A DNA stretch of 64,000 nt, taken from NCBI GenBank assembly GCA_038246735.1, contig JBBRVQ010000015.1:9200-73199 (forward strand), read 5' to 3'. Shown piece by piece: positions 45,908-55,996 of the stretch. This stretch comes from Chitinophagales bacterium. GTDB taxonomy: Bacteria; Bacteroidota; Bacteroidia; Chitinophagales; Saprospiraceae. The notes below the pieces were generated by a model that was not told the DNA's origin, did no database searches, and worked only from the letters and a program-made list of their open reading frames with translations. The first letter of the stretch is position 1. Each line of letters opens with the position of its first letter. The translations under genes and the position numbers were made by a program.

Positions 45908-48900
45908 TTATGATTTATACCTGCCATCCCACACTTTGTTTCCAAATATTCTTCTGATCAGATACATGATACCGGGAAGAATAAAGAAAAAAGGTCCAAT
46001 AAATCCCAAAAGCGCAATGTATTTAGTGCCAAAGAATCTTGACATTGGTCTTCTAAGACGCTCTGAGATCAGATACATACTGGGAATCACAAGCAATGTC
46101 AGGAAAAAAGAAAATATCAAACCAAATATAATGGTCCAGGCAAGTGGCCCCCAAAACACTACAGAATCACCACCAATAAATATCTTTGGATCAAAATGGG
46201 TGAACAAGGACTCAAAATCAATGTTAAATCCTATGGCTAGAGGGAAAAGACCAAGGATAGTTGCGATTGCTGTAAGTAAAACCGGAATAATTCTGATTTT
46301 GCCAGCTTGGATGGCGGCTTCACGGGTTTTCATGCCTCTGCTTCGCAACTCATCCGTAAACTCTATCAGAAGAATACCATTTTTAATCACTATACCGGCA
46401 AGCCCGATGATACCCACCATAACCATGATGGTTGGCATTGTCATACCCGTAATAGCAAATCCAAGGAAAACGCCAATGATTGAAAAAAGAATTTCCGACA
46501 ATACAATAAATGGTTTACTCAATGAATTAAATTGGAGTACCAAAATCAAAAAGATCATGCCGAGTGCAATAATCAGCGCAGTACCTAAAAATGCATTGGT
46601 TTCAGCTTGTTGTTCGCTTTCTCCACTCTGTTTTATACTTACCCCATCAGGCAATTGATATTGGCTTTTAAACTCATTGATTCGCAATGCAACTTCCTGA
46701 TTGATCTGTGTAATTGCGGATAGGTCGGTAATATTTGATTGCAATTGAATGGTTCTTTTTAAATCCTTTCGTTTTATACCGCCAGTTGTAGTGGTGAAGT
46801 CAAATTTAGTAATGGCACTGATGGGCACCTGCTTTATTCTGCCAGAATTAAAATCTCTGAATGTAATCCGCATATTAATCAGCTCGTTGATATCATTTCT
46901 TACCAGATCTTTATATCTCAATTGTATTTCATATTCGTCTTCGCCATCTTTAATTTTACTCACTTCTCTTCCGAAGAGTGCTGTTCTGATAGCCATACCT
47001 ACCTGTGAAGTGCTTATACCTTCTATAGCAGCCCTTTCTTTATCTACAATCAAGGTAACTTCAGGATTTTTGAGGTCAACATCCATAGAGAGATTGTCAA
47101 TGCCGTCTATGCGATTTGTATCTATAAAATTATATAAGTCGATAGCCACTTTGGCATTGTCTTCAAAATTGTCACCTGCGATTTCAATATTTACCGGTGG
47201 ATCAGTGGGAGGTCCTCCTCCTTCCTGTTCTACAGTAATCTGTGCCCCCGGAATACCTTTTAATGCTGTCCTTATGCTATCCAAATATGGTTCAGTAGGG
47301 GTATAAGGACGTTTCGCAAATTCTACAAATGAAACCTGGATTCGCCCGAGATTGGACTGTGCGCTCTGATTATTATCCATTGGATTGGCTGCATTAACGG
47401 CAACATTGGATATTATACTTTCGACAATAGAATTTTCTTCACCCGGTTTTAACTTTTCAAGGGTCTTATACACTTTGTTTTCTAGTTCAGTAAGTACTAT
47501 ATTGGTCTCTGCAGATTTAGTCCCTACGGGTAATTTCAGATAGACATAAATAAAATTTGGCTGACCGCTTGGGAAAAAGGGAAAATCCGGTTTACTGACA
47601 ACAAGTAGAAAAAAAGAAATCACCAACATAACAAATACGGATGCAAACATAAACACCGGTCTCCATCCATGAAGTATCCACCTTAATAACTTTTCGTAAG
47701 ATGACATCATAGCCGGTAATAATATTTCTTGAAAGAAACGAATCGCATCTCTAAGCAAATATCTGTTGATTATTGCCAATAGGGCCATGAATAAAGCAAA
47801 ATTACCCATGCCATGACTACCCAACAGATGCAGCATTATACCGATGACAATGGTGGCATACCAAAACCATTTTTTGAAAATGTCTGATTTTCTATCTTCA
47901 AATTCTTTGCCTTCCTTTTTCATAAAACTGACTGCAAAAACAGGATTAATGATAAAGGCTACAATTAATGAAGCAAATAACGTAAATATCAACATGGTGG
48001 GCAAGTAAATCATGAATTTACCAATGATACCTTTCCAGAACAACAATGGAAAAAATGGAGCAATGGTTGTAGCAGTTCCAGCCAATACCGGAATAAATAC
48101 TTCTCCAGCAGCCGCTTTTGCCGCTTTTAGTATGGGTACTTTACCATTTTCATATATCCTGTGCGTATTTTCAATGACTACAATGGCATCATCGACAATA
48201 ATCCCCAACCCAAATAGCAGCGCAAAAAGTACTATGAAGTTTAGTGTAACATCCGTACCAACGATTAAGTCTGCAGCAGGAAGAAAAAGGAATGCTACAA
48301 AAACACTTAAAGGCACGCTCAGCGCCACAAAAAATGCATTCACCACACCCATAAAAAACATTAATATAACCAACACCAGAATAAATCCAATGATAATGGT
48401 ATTTACCAACTCGTGAAATGATGTAGCAGCCTGCTTGCTTTGGTCTGCGGTTACCACCACATCCAGGTCATGCGGAAGCTCTGAAATCTTCATTTCAGCT
48501 ACAATGTCTTTCACTTTTCCTGCACATTCTATCAGGTTTTCTCCCGCCCGCTTTACGATGTTTATTGTGATGACATTTTTTCCGTTAAGTCTGGCATAAC
48601 TTTCTTTTTGTTTGACTGTGTCTTTAACCGTGGCTATATCTCTAAGGTATACAGAGCCGGAGCGCGGTGTCCTGATGATCAGATTTTCTATGGCTTGGGC
48701 GGATGAGATCTGACCTTTTAATCTAAGTGCCCTGTTCATTTCTCCCACTTCTATCTGTCCACCACTGATATCAACGTTTTCATAAGCAACGGCATTGGCA
48801 ACGTCATCAAAACTTAACATGGCCTGCTCCAGCTTCAAAGGATCAACATTAATCTGAAATTCTCTTTCAGGAGCACCTACTAATTCTGCTTTATTAATTT

Positions 48901-49450
48901 CAGGCAGAGCTTCAAAACGATCCTGCAATTTTTCAGCATATTGTTTTAGTTTGATACCATCATAATCACCGCTAATATTGACAAACATGATCGGCATATC
49001 GCTGAAGGAGAACTCCAGAACATCCGGCAAAGAGGTAAGGTCTTTAGGTAAATCAGTTTTCGCTTTATCTACCGCATCTTTGACTTTTTGTTTAGCCGCT
49101 TCAGGCGTTACATCAGTATCAAATTCTACCACAATTAAACTGAAATCAGTTTGCGAAGTAGAATTTATTTTATTGATTTTTGCTCCGGTAATCCCTTTGA
49201 TTTTTTTTTCAATGGGTCTTGTCACCAGGTTTTCAATGTCTTTCGGTGAGTTACCTACGTACACGGTGGAAACTGAAATGGTAGGAACCACGATGTCAGG
49301 GAATTGCTCCTTCGGCAGCGTATTAAAAGTATTGAAACCAAATAAGGTGATGATGATCGTAATCACATAAATTGCGGTACGATTATCAACAGACCAACTT
49401 GTCAGTTTAAATTCTTTAAATTTATCTTTCAAATAATTTATATGCTTCAT
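45908..49450 (-). CDS. efflux RND transporter permease subunit (AcrB/HAE1-like)
   Basis: 1180 aa with 12-TM RND architecture, two large periplasmic loops and typical motifs (e.g. ...GIIVDDAIVVIEN...). Confidence 0.9.
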   Translation of the reverse strand: MKHINYLKDKFKEFKLTSWSVDNRTAIYVITIIITLFGFNTFNTLPKEQFPDIVVPTISVSTVYVGNSPKDIENLVTRPIEKKIKGITGAKINKINSTSQTDFSLIVVEFDTDVTPEAAKQKVKDAVDKAKTDLPKDLTSLPDVLEFSFSDMPIMFVNISGDYDGIKLKQYAEKLQDRFEALPEINKAELVGAPEREFQINVDPLKLEQAMLSFDDVANAVAYENVDISGGQIEVGEMNRALRLKGQISSAQAIENLIIRTPRSGSVYLRDIATVKDTVKQKESYARLNGKNVITINIVKRAGENLIECAGKVKDIVAEMKISELPHDLDVVVTADQSKQAATSFHELVNTIIIGFILVLVILMFFMGVVNAFFVALSVPLSVFVAFLFLPAADLIVGTDVTLNFIVLFALLFGLGIIVDDAIVVIENTHRIYENGKVPILKAAKAAAGEVFIPVLAGTATTIAPFFPLLFWKGIIGKFMIYLPTMLIFTLFASLIVAFIINPVFAVSFMKKEGKEFEDRKSDIFKKWFWYATIVIGIMLHLLGSHGMGNFALFMALLAIINRYLLRDAIRFFQEILLPAMMSSYEKLLRWILHGWRPVFMFASVFVMLVISFFLLVVSKPDFPFFPSGQPNFIYVYLKLPVGTKSAETNIVLTELENKVYKTLEKLKPGEENSIVESIISNVAVNAANPMDNNQSAQSNLGRIQVSFVEFAKRPYTPTEPYLDSIRTALKGIPGAQITVEQEGGGPPTDPPVNIEIAGDNFEDNAKVAIDLYNFIDTNRIDGIDNLSMDVDLKNPEVTLIVDKERAAIEGISTSQVGMAIRTALFGREVSKIKDGEDEYEIQLRYKDLVRNDINELINMRITFRDFNSGRIKQVPISAITKFDFTTTTGGIKRKDLKRTIQLQSNITDLSAITQINQEVALRINEFKSQYQLPDGVSIKQSGESEQQAETNAFLGTALIIALGMIFLILVLQFNSLSKPFIVLSEILFSIIGVFLGFAITGMTMPTIMVMVGIIGLAGIVIKNGILLIEFTDELRSRGMKTREAAIQAGKIRIIPVLLTAIATILGLFPLAIGFNIDFESLFTHFDPKIFIGGDSVVFWGPLAWTIIFGLIFSFFLTLLVIPSMYLISERLRRPMSRFFGTKYIALLGFIGPFFFILPGIMYLIRRIFGNKVWDGRYKS

Positions 49451-49531
49451 CTTGATGTTCGATTTTGAAAATATTTTTTTATTGCTTGTTGCTTATCTTA
49501 AAATGCATGATTTGCAATTTTCAGAACCACA

Positions 49532-50695
49532 TCATAATTTTGAAATAAATTGACCTTCATACAAATTTTGAAATCCTTTAGTCACTAAAAGATCTCCAGC
49601 AACAATACCCGACAAAATTTCTACTTTTTCTCCGTACAAAGGACCCAAAACAACTGTTTTTCTTTCGGCTATTGTTTTACCCATTTCATTTTTACCCATT
49701 ACAAAAACATATTTACCTTTTTCATCACTTTGCACAATGTTAATAGAAATCACGATGGCTTTTGATGTACTATGGTTTAGGATTTTAGCTATTGCTGCCA
49801 TGTTTGGTTTTAGGTTGATGCCTGAAGGAATCTTACATTCTGCCTTAAACCCTCGAGTGGATGGATTGATGGACTGGCTTATTAAGCTAATAGTAGTATT
49901 GAATGATTGACCAGCTGATGGTATTTCTACAACAACTTTAGCCCCGATTTTTATTTTGCTGATATAATTTTCCGGTACATCAACGGATACATTCATTGAG
50001 TTGTTATTGATGATCTGAATCTGTGGGCCGGCTACGGAAACACCGGAAAACAATTCTCCTACTTTAATATTGACAATCTCAGCTATACCACTTTGATCTG
50101 CATAAACAAGGTATGTTTTGAGTTGCTCTTGCTGGACTGATATTTGTTTTTCCAGGGCATCAACATTGTTTTTAGCGCTTAGCAACTGGACTTCAGTCCC
50201 AATTTTCTGATCCCAAAGTGATTTGGTTTTGTTGTAAACATTGGTGGCAAAACTCAACTGATTTTTTGTGGCTTCAATACTTTCGCGAAGGACTTTATCG
50301 TCCAGTTTTAAAACGAGTTGGCCTTTTTTTACACCCTGTCCTTCTTTTATGTACAATTGCTTGACATATCCTCCTATTCCGTTGCGCGGAGCTACATAGG
50401 AAATATTGTCGGATTTGACTATGCCTTGTAAGTTAAGGTATTGATTAAAACCTTCTGTAGAAAGTTCTTCTGTACTTACAAGCTTAGGTTTTATAGCAGA
50501 TTCCGGATCAAGGACTTCTATTTCAGATTGTACAATAGCAATTTTACTACTAATTTCTGCCTGCTGTTTTTTAAGATTTGCTAGTTCAGTTTGTTTGGCT
50601 ATCAATTCCGCACTAATTTTTTCCTGATTTTTATCGTTGCTTGGTGTACAAGCGGCAAAAGCCAATATAATATATAAAATGAAAAATCTGTTCAT
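49532..50695 (-). CDS. efflux RND transporter periplasmic adaptor subunit (MFP/HlyD family)
   Basis: Start set at MNRFFILYIILAFAACTP (lipobox). Coiled-coil hairpin plus barrel-sandwich motifs. Lies between the tolC-like and RND genes. Confidence 0.85.
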   Translation of the reverse strand: MNRFFILYIILAFAACTPSNDKNQEKISAELIAKQTELANLKKQQAEISSKIAIVQSEIEVLDPESAIKPKLVSTEELSTEGFNQYLNLQGIVKSDNISYVAPRNGIGGYVKQLYIKEGQGVKKGQLVLKLDDKVLRESIEATKNQLSFATNVYNKTKSLWDQKIGTEVQLLSAKNNVDALEKQISVQQEQLKTYLVYADQSGIAEIVNIKVGELFSGVSVAGPQIQIINNNSMNVSVDVPENYISKIKIGAKVVVEIPSAGQSFNTTISLISQSINPSTRGFKAECKIPSGINLKPNMAAIAKILNHSTSKAIVISINIVQSDEKGKYVFVMGKNEMGKTIAERKTVVLGPLYGEKVEILSGIVAGDLLVTKGFQNLYEGQFISKL

Positions 50696-50741
50696 GATTG
50701 TTTTTTTAGAAGGTAAAAAAGGATTTGATTTTTTTAAGTTT

Positions 50742-52154
50742 TTATAGTTTGTTGAATGCTTTAGCAAAACTAGTTTTGGCGATCATTCCTTCATACAATG
50801 CTTGGAAATAACTGCCTTGGGCTCTCTGAAGTTCTGTATCTGCCTGAATTACTTCAAAACTGGAACCCAGCCCGTTTTCATATTTAATTTTTGTTTTTGT
50901 AAAGACTTCCTCTGCTAATTTTACATTCCTGTCTTGAACATCGAGATTAATGATGGCATTATTTAAGGTAGTTTTAGCTATTTCCTGTTCCAAATCTATA
51001 AATTGTTTCAATTGTAAAATATTGTTTTCCACTTTTTCACCAGCATATTTAGCCTGATTCATAAGCGATTTTCTTTTATTGCCACTATAAATGGGAACAT
51101 TTACCTGTAGTCCCACCAGACCTGTGTTAAACCAAAACCATGATTTGCCAGTAAACTCTGCAAAGCTATTGTTGCGCTGACCTGATCTTTGGAACTGATA
51201 AAAAGCTACTACAGAAGGGAGGTAGCTGAGTTTATATCTTTTGAAATCTAATTTCTGTAACTCTAGTGCGGTGTTTAGCAAAGCTATTTCACTTCTTTTT
51301 TCATAATTAAAATCATTGGTTGACATCAAGTCAACTTTTAATGCATTCACGTCCAGATTTTGAATGAGCACCAGAGAATCTTTTTGTGATATTCCCAAAG
51401 TATTTTTTAATGAAGCCATCCCAATTTTCAGCGCATTGTTGAGCTGATTCTGACCAGATTCTGTATTGTTGAGACTTACCTGTAACTTATCCACATCCAG
51501 TTTTTCAGCAAATCCTGTTTGATACATCTGATTCATATCATTCAATAATGATGTCAATCTTTGTTTTGTAGAAATAAGGACTTCCAATTGTTTCTGAATA
51601 ATCAATACGGCATAATAGGCTTTATAGATTTTTTCTTTAAGATTGTAACCAGCCACATTTATATTGTCCTGACTCAATTGCATAACTGTTTTTCTCGCCT
51701 GAAGACCTACTAAAACATCTGCTTGAAATAGCAATTGATTTACTGATAATCCTATTTGCGTATTCCACGGCTGAATGAATGAAACGTTATTGACCGAAAA
51801 TGTTGAATTTCCAATGTCAATCACATTACCATTCTGATCCCTTACCCCTTCTTTATTCAAAACCTCATATATTGATTGGTCTGAAGATGGAAACTGTATC
51901 TGTGGTACGTTTGTATAATAAGTAATTCCTCCAGTTGCAGCTATGGTAGGATAAATAGATGATGTAATCTCTCTGTTCTTCTGAAACTGGATGTTGTAAT
52001 CTAGATTTAAATTCTTAAGTTCTATCGAATTTTGTGTACCCAGTTCAACTGCTTGTGCAATATTCAGATTAAATATTTCCTGTGCATTTGATGGAAAGGA
52101 AAAAATGAAGGAAAAAATGAAAAAAATCAGAATTTTAATAGAAAAATGACGCAT
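50742..52154 (-). CDS. TolC-family outer membrane efflux protein
   Basis: 470 aa with signal peptide ...FSFPSNA|QEI and a two-fold repeated alpha/beta TolC pattern. It is the first structural gene of the efflux operon. Confidence 0.85.
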   Translation of the reverse strand: MRHFSIKILIFFIFSFIFSFPSNAQEIFNLNIAQAVELGTQNSIELKNLNLDYNIQFQKNREITSSIYPTIAATGGITYYTNVPQIQFPSSDQSIYEVLNKEGVRDQNGNVIDIGNSTFSVNNVSFIQPWNTQIGLSVNQLLFQADVLVGLQARKTVMQLSQDNINVAGYNLKEKIYKAYYAVLIIQKQLEVLISTKQRLTSLLNDMNQMYQTGFAEKLDVDKLQVSLNNTESGQNQLNNALKIGMASLKNTLGISQKDSLVLIQNLDVNALKVDLMSTNDFNYEKRSEIALLNTALELQKLDFKRYKLSYLPSVVAFYQFQRSGQRNNSFAEFTGKSWFWFNTGLVGLQVNVPIYSGNKRKSLMNQAKYAGEKVENNILQLKQFIDLEQEIAKTTLNNAIINLDVQDRNVKLAEEVFTKTKIKYENGLGSSFEVIQADTELQRAQGSYFQALYEGMIAKTSFAKAFNKL

Positions 52155-52756
52155 TATTGTTTTGATTTATATTGTTCAATTAATTTTAGTCCTTTTGGTG
52201 TTGAAATTCCATATAAAAAATGGTCAAGAATAGCATGTGTCACATCTATTAGTTTATATTTTTCATAAGGAAATACCTGCTGATTAAAGCCAAGTAACAT
52301 GGATTCCAATCTGAATTTAGCGAGTATTTCTGCATTAATTTCCGGACGGTAATATCCCTGAGAAATACCATTAACGAGATTATTGTAAATAAGTTTAAAT
52401 ATAAAATTGTTTTTATGGCCTTGAAATTTGTTGAATGTATCTGGATAATATCGTTGTAAATCGTGAATAATGATCGGATTCAGATGCAGGAAATCTTTTC
52501 TGATTTGTTTCATGGTCATAAATATTTCATCTACAGCGTTTTCAGCATTTTTTGAAGTATTCTGGCAAATAATCTGTGATTTATTGATCACTTCCGCCAT
52601 TACATCATCTACCAATGCATTTTTATCTGCATAATATTGGTATATAGTTTTTTTGGAAATTCCCAACTGATTGGCCAATTCATCCATAGTGACAGCCCTA
52701 AACCCTACAGATCTGCTTAGTTCTTCTGCTTTGCTTAAAATTCTTTCTTTGATCAC
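52154..52756 (-). CDS. TetR/AcrR family transcriptional regulator
   Basis: 200 aa (GTG start) with N-terminal HTH ...GFRAVTMDELANQLGISKKTIYQYY. Its stop overlaps the tolC start by 1 nt. Confidence 0.85.
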   Translation of the reverse strand: MIKERILSKAEELSRSVGFRAVTMDELANQLGISKKTIYQYYADKNALVDDVMAEVINKSQIICQNTSKNAENAVDEIFMTMKQIRKDFLHLNPIIIHDLQRYYPDTFNKFQGHKNNFIFKLIYNNLVNGISQGYYRPEINAEILAKFRLESMLLGFNQQVFPYEKYKLIDVTHAILDHFLYGISTPKGLKLIEQYKSKQ

Positions 52757-52775
52757 TAATCTTTTAATTAAGATG

Positions 52776-52783
52776 CAAAACTA
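52776..52783 (-). promoter_or_regulatory. candidate -7 box for the tetR-efflux operon (plus strand CAAAACTA = TAGTTTTG on the minus strand)
   Basis: TAnnTTTG match 20 nt upstream of the GTG start at 52756. Confidence 0.35.
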
Positions 52784-53125
52784 TGGAAACTTTATTAGTT
52801 GTATTGGTTTCCGACTTGACATTTGCATTTGATTAACATTGTGGTTCGTCTATAAACGAGTTGTCATCCAGTAAAGGAGAAATCCCCAACAGATTGACAG
52901 CTATCAAAAGTGGGTATTCCCACGACGGTAGTTGCTGACGGTACAGCACGGTCAAAATGCTTAGACTTATGAAAGCGGTAAAAGATTATTCAGTCTCATG
53001 ATGGAGCAAGCTGACTCGCTCCTTAAATAAATACTCAGATCGCATTCAGAATGAATTACGGACTCATTCTGATGCTAAACTATGAAGTCCGATAATTATT
53101 ACTTTATGTTTAAAAATTTCATATC

Positions 53126-55995
53126 ATGAGAAATTTTAAGTTTTACCAATTTTCGATTTTAGTATTTTTTTGTTTACTTTTTACTAATATCGGTAATAGT
53201 CAGAGTTTTTCCCAACAAATATTTGGTGGTCAAGCAGCTGATATTAGTAATTTTCCCTACCAAGTATCATTAGAATTAGTCGGATCACCTTATCCTGGAT
53301 TACATGGATGCGGCGGCTCCATTTTAAATAATAGATGGATTGTGACTGCTGCGCATTGTGTGGATGGGAATACTAATCCTGCAGATATTACTGTTCATGC
53401 TGGAGCTACAAACCAGACACAAAATAATATTGGTCAAAGAATTGTTGTAGATCAAATAATTATCCACCCAGGTTGGAATGGAATTTTTACAACTCTTGGC
53501 AACGACATTGCTCTTTTACATTTAAGTTCACCTCTTTGTTTTAATGATAATGTCCAACCAATCAATATTGATTTACCTTCGCTACCAAGTAATATTATTA
53601 ATCCAGGTGTTGATGTGTCAATTTCCGGATGGGGACGAGCTACAACGTTTGGTGGATGTGAAGCTAATCTAAGATCCGCTTTAGTACCAATTATTTCAAA
53701 CGCAACTGCAGGGCCATTATTTTCTAATTGTGGTGGTACAGTCAATATTCCTAATAACTGTATTAGTTTTTTTAATGGGTTATCTGGAGCTGGCGGTGGA
53801 GATAGTGGAGGTCCTGCTGCTATTCAACACAATGGAGCACCTTTATTAATTGGAATAACAAGTTGGGGATGATCATCTATAGGCAATTGGCCATCAGTTT
53901 ACACTAGAGTCAGAAGTTTTTCTGAATTTATAAATGGCAATATCACAGTAGGAGGCTGTACCTGCGAAGATTTGGTTGTAACATCTGACTTGACGATTAA
54001 TCAAAATCAAACTTATAATAATATTACAATCAAACCAAATGCAACATTAACCATTAATGCAGGTGCAACAATACAAATGGCGAATGAAATCTTGGTAGAA
54101 ATGGGAGGAAAGCTGATATTAAATGGCGGTAAATTGACTAATTGCCAAAATGGCCCAAATTGGAAAGGTGTCAAAGTTAATGCAGATTTTAGTTTTTGGT
54201 GGTTTGCACAACCGACCACTCTGGTAGAAGTAAAAAACGGTGGTATCATCGAAAATGCAGATACTGCCATTGATGCTGTTGGTCAAGTAACAATTTTTAC
54301 AACTAGTAATGTGGGTGGAGCTAAGATTACAGTTTCGTCTAACTCTATCATTCGTAACTGTGAATACGGTATCAAATTAGGCCCACTTTATGGGGTGCAA
54401 GAATTAAGTAGCTGTACAAATGCACAATTTACAAACGTAGATTTCGCAATAAATTTGGATAATAATCATGGGTTTAATTTAAAAAACTGTCAATTTTCGG
54501 AATGCTATGCCGATATCAGAGCTAATACATCGTCTTTATTTGCTGATGGTAATGACTTTAATGGAGAAGTAGTTTTTGAAAACACATTCCCTAACTTTAC
54601 TGGAAGTACCTTTGTAAATAATCGGTTCTATGGTGGATCGGTGGGTAGTTCCATCATAATACTTGATGCATACTCCAATGCCACAGATTTTAACATCCAT
54701 AACAATCAGTTTTTTGAAACAGGAGTTTTATCATTGGGAGAGTTAGATTTTGATATAGAAGGCAATGATTTTCATGGCTCTCCAGAAGGAACATGGATCA
54801 ATGACTCGGGATTAAATATAACGAATGACATCCATCAGAACAAGTTTTATGATAATACCTACGGTAATAGTGCATCAGGAGTAAATAGTGTAGAGTATCT
54901 TAAAATTGTTTCGAAAATACATCTGAATTATCCATCGAAGTCAATGAAGGAGCATCTATTGGTCTTCAGCAAGGTTTTGTAGATGATGCTGCAGGTAATT
55001 GCTTTGTTGCAAGCGGACGTGTAGGCACTGGACAAACTTCAGAGTTTTTTGACTATTTTGTCAAATCTGGAGAGATACCTCAGAGCTGCAAGAAGCCAGG
55101 AAGTGGGAACTTCTATGAGTTAACAGCATTTGTTGACAATCCATTTCCATGTGGCACAGGAATAAACATATATGGTACGCTACCATACATTGTACGCAAT
55201 TGTATGTACGGCAATGGTATATCAAAACAGCAGGCCATCAATCTGCTAAAAGCAGAGATACTACGCATCCAGAATGACACCAATCTCAATCCATGGACCA
55301 AACGATGGTTGATCGCGAAATACAAAAAATGCTTAGACAGGCTGATCAAGCAAAAAGCCAAAGAAGACAAAGACCAAAGTGGTCGAGAAAGTGCTGTGCA
55401 ATTTCTGCTCTCTCAGCCAGAGTTTAGATATCAATCAATGGCATACGGTCTGATAGTGGAGTCGGGTGATATTACTAGGTCTAGAACCATGCTAAACAAC
55501 CTTAGCCCTAGTGATGTAGGTGAGACAGAATTTGTCCAGTCACAACATGTATTGCTTGACTACCTTAATGATCGATCTGGGTATAATGCACCGAGTACAT
55601 CTTTGTCGGCTCTATATGCTGCTGGTCTCCGCAAGCACCCACTCGCAGGGTTCTCAAGATCTGTATATCATACACTGACGGGTCAGAAAGTGCCTGTAAC
55701 TTTGACACATCTATCGGGCAGACCTCAAACTAGAACTAAGGCAATTGCAAATGAAACGTTTTTTTATCCCAACCCATCCTATGCAGGTGATATAATAATA
55801 GACATACCTGATTATGATGATAACTATGTGTATAGTTATTCCATCCAATCAGCAAGTGGCGTAATAGTTAACCAAGGTTTATTAAACCAAAAAGTGAACG
55901 ATTTGTCTTTGGATGTATCAAGTGGTGTATATTTTGTATCTTTGACATAAGAAGGAAAACTCATTAATACACAAAAATGGATTGTAATCCGATAA
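53126..55995 (+). pseudogene. trypsin-like serine protease + parallel beta-helix + T9SS sorting domain protein, carrying three lesions
   Basis: Catalytic triad motifs TAAHC, NDIALL and GDSGGP. In-frame TGA at 53870-72 splits GITSWG*SSIGNWPSVYTRV. The same frame runs into ORF 53972-54982. A frameshift in the A4 run at 54902-54905 links to the frame of ORF 55204-55950 (open from 54904). In-frame TAA at 55948-50 cuts the sorting domain (SGVYFVSLT*EGKLINTQKWIVIR*). Confidence 0.7.
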
Positions 55996-55996
55996 T

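Noticed and set aside
45936-49370. Plus-strand ORFs inside the RND pump gene (45936-46658 at 240 aa, 46749-47306, 48012-48416, 48978-49370)
   Set aside because: They lie opposite a strongly recognisable RND permease. Their translations are low-complexity Ser/Ile/Pro-rich, typical of the antisense of TM-rich genes.
53870-53872. TGA in the trypsin domain as selenocysteine or a Trp/Gly-recoded codon
   Set aside because: No convincing SECIS-like hairpin follows. The same gene carries two further lesions (a frameshift and a TAA). TGA clearly terminates other ORFs, for example at 1849 and 12688. The position is not a conserved Cys in this Cys-poor trypsin variant.
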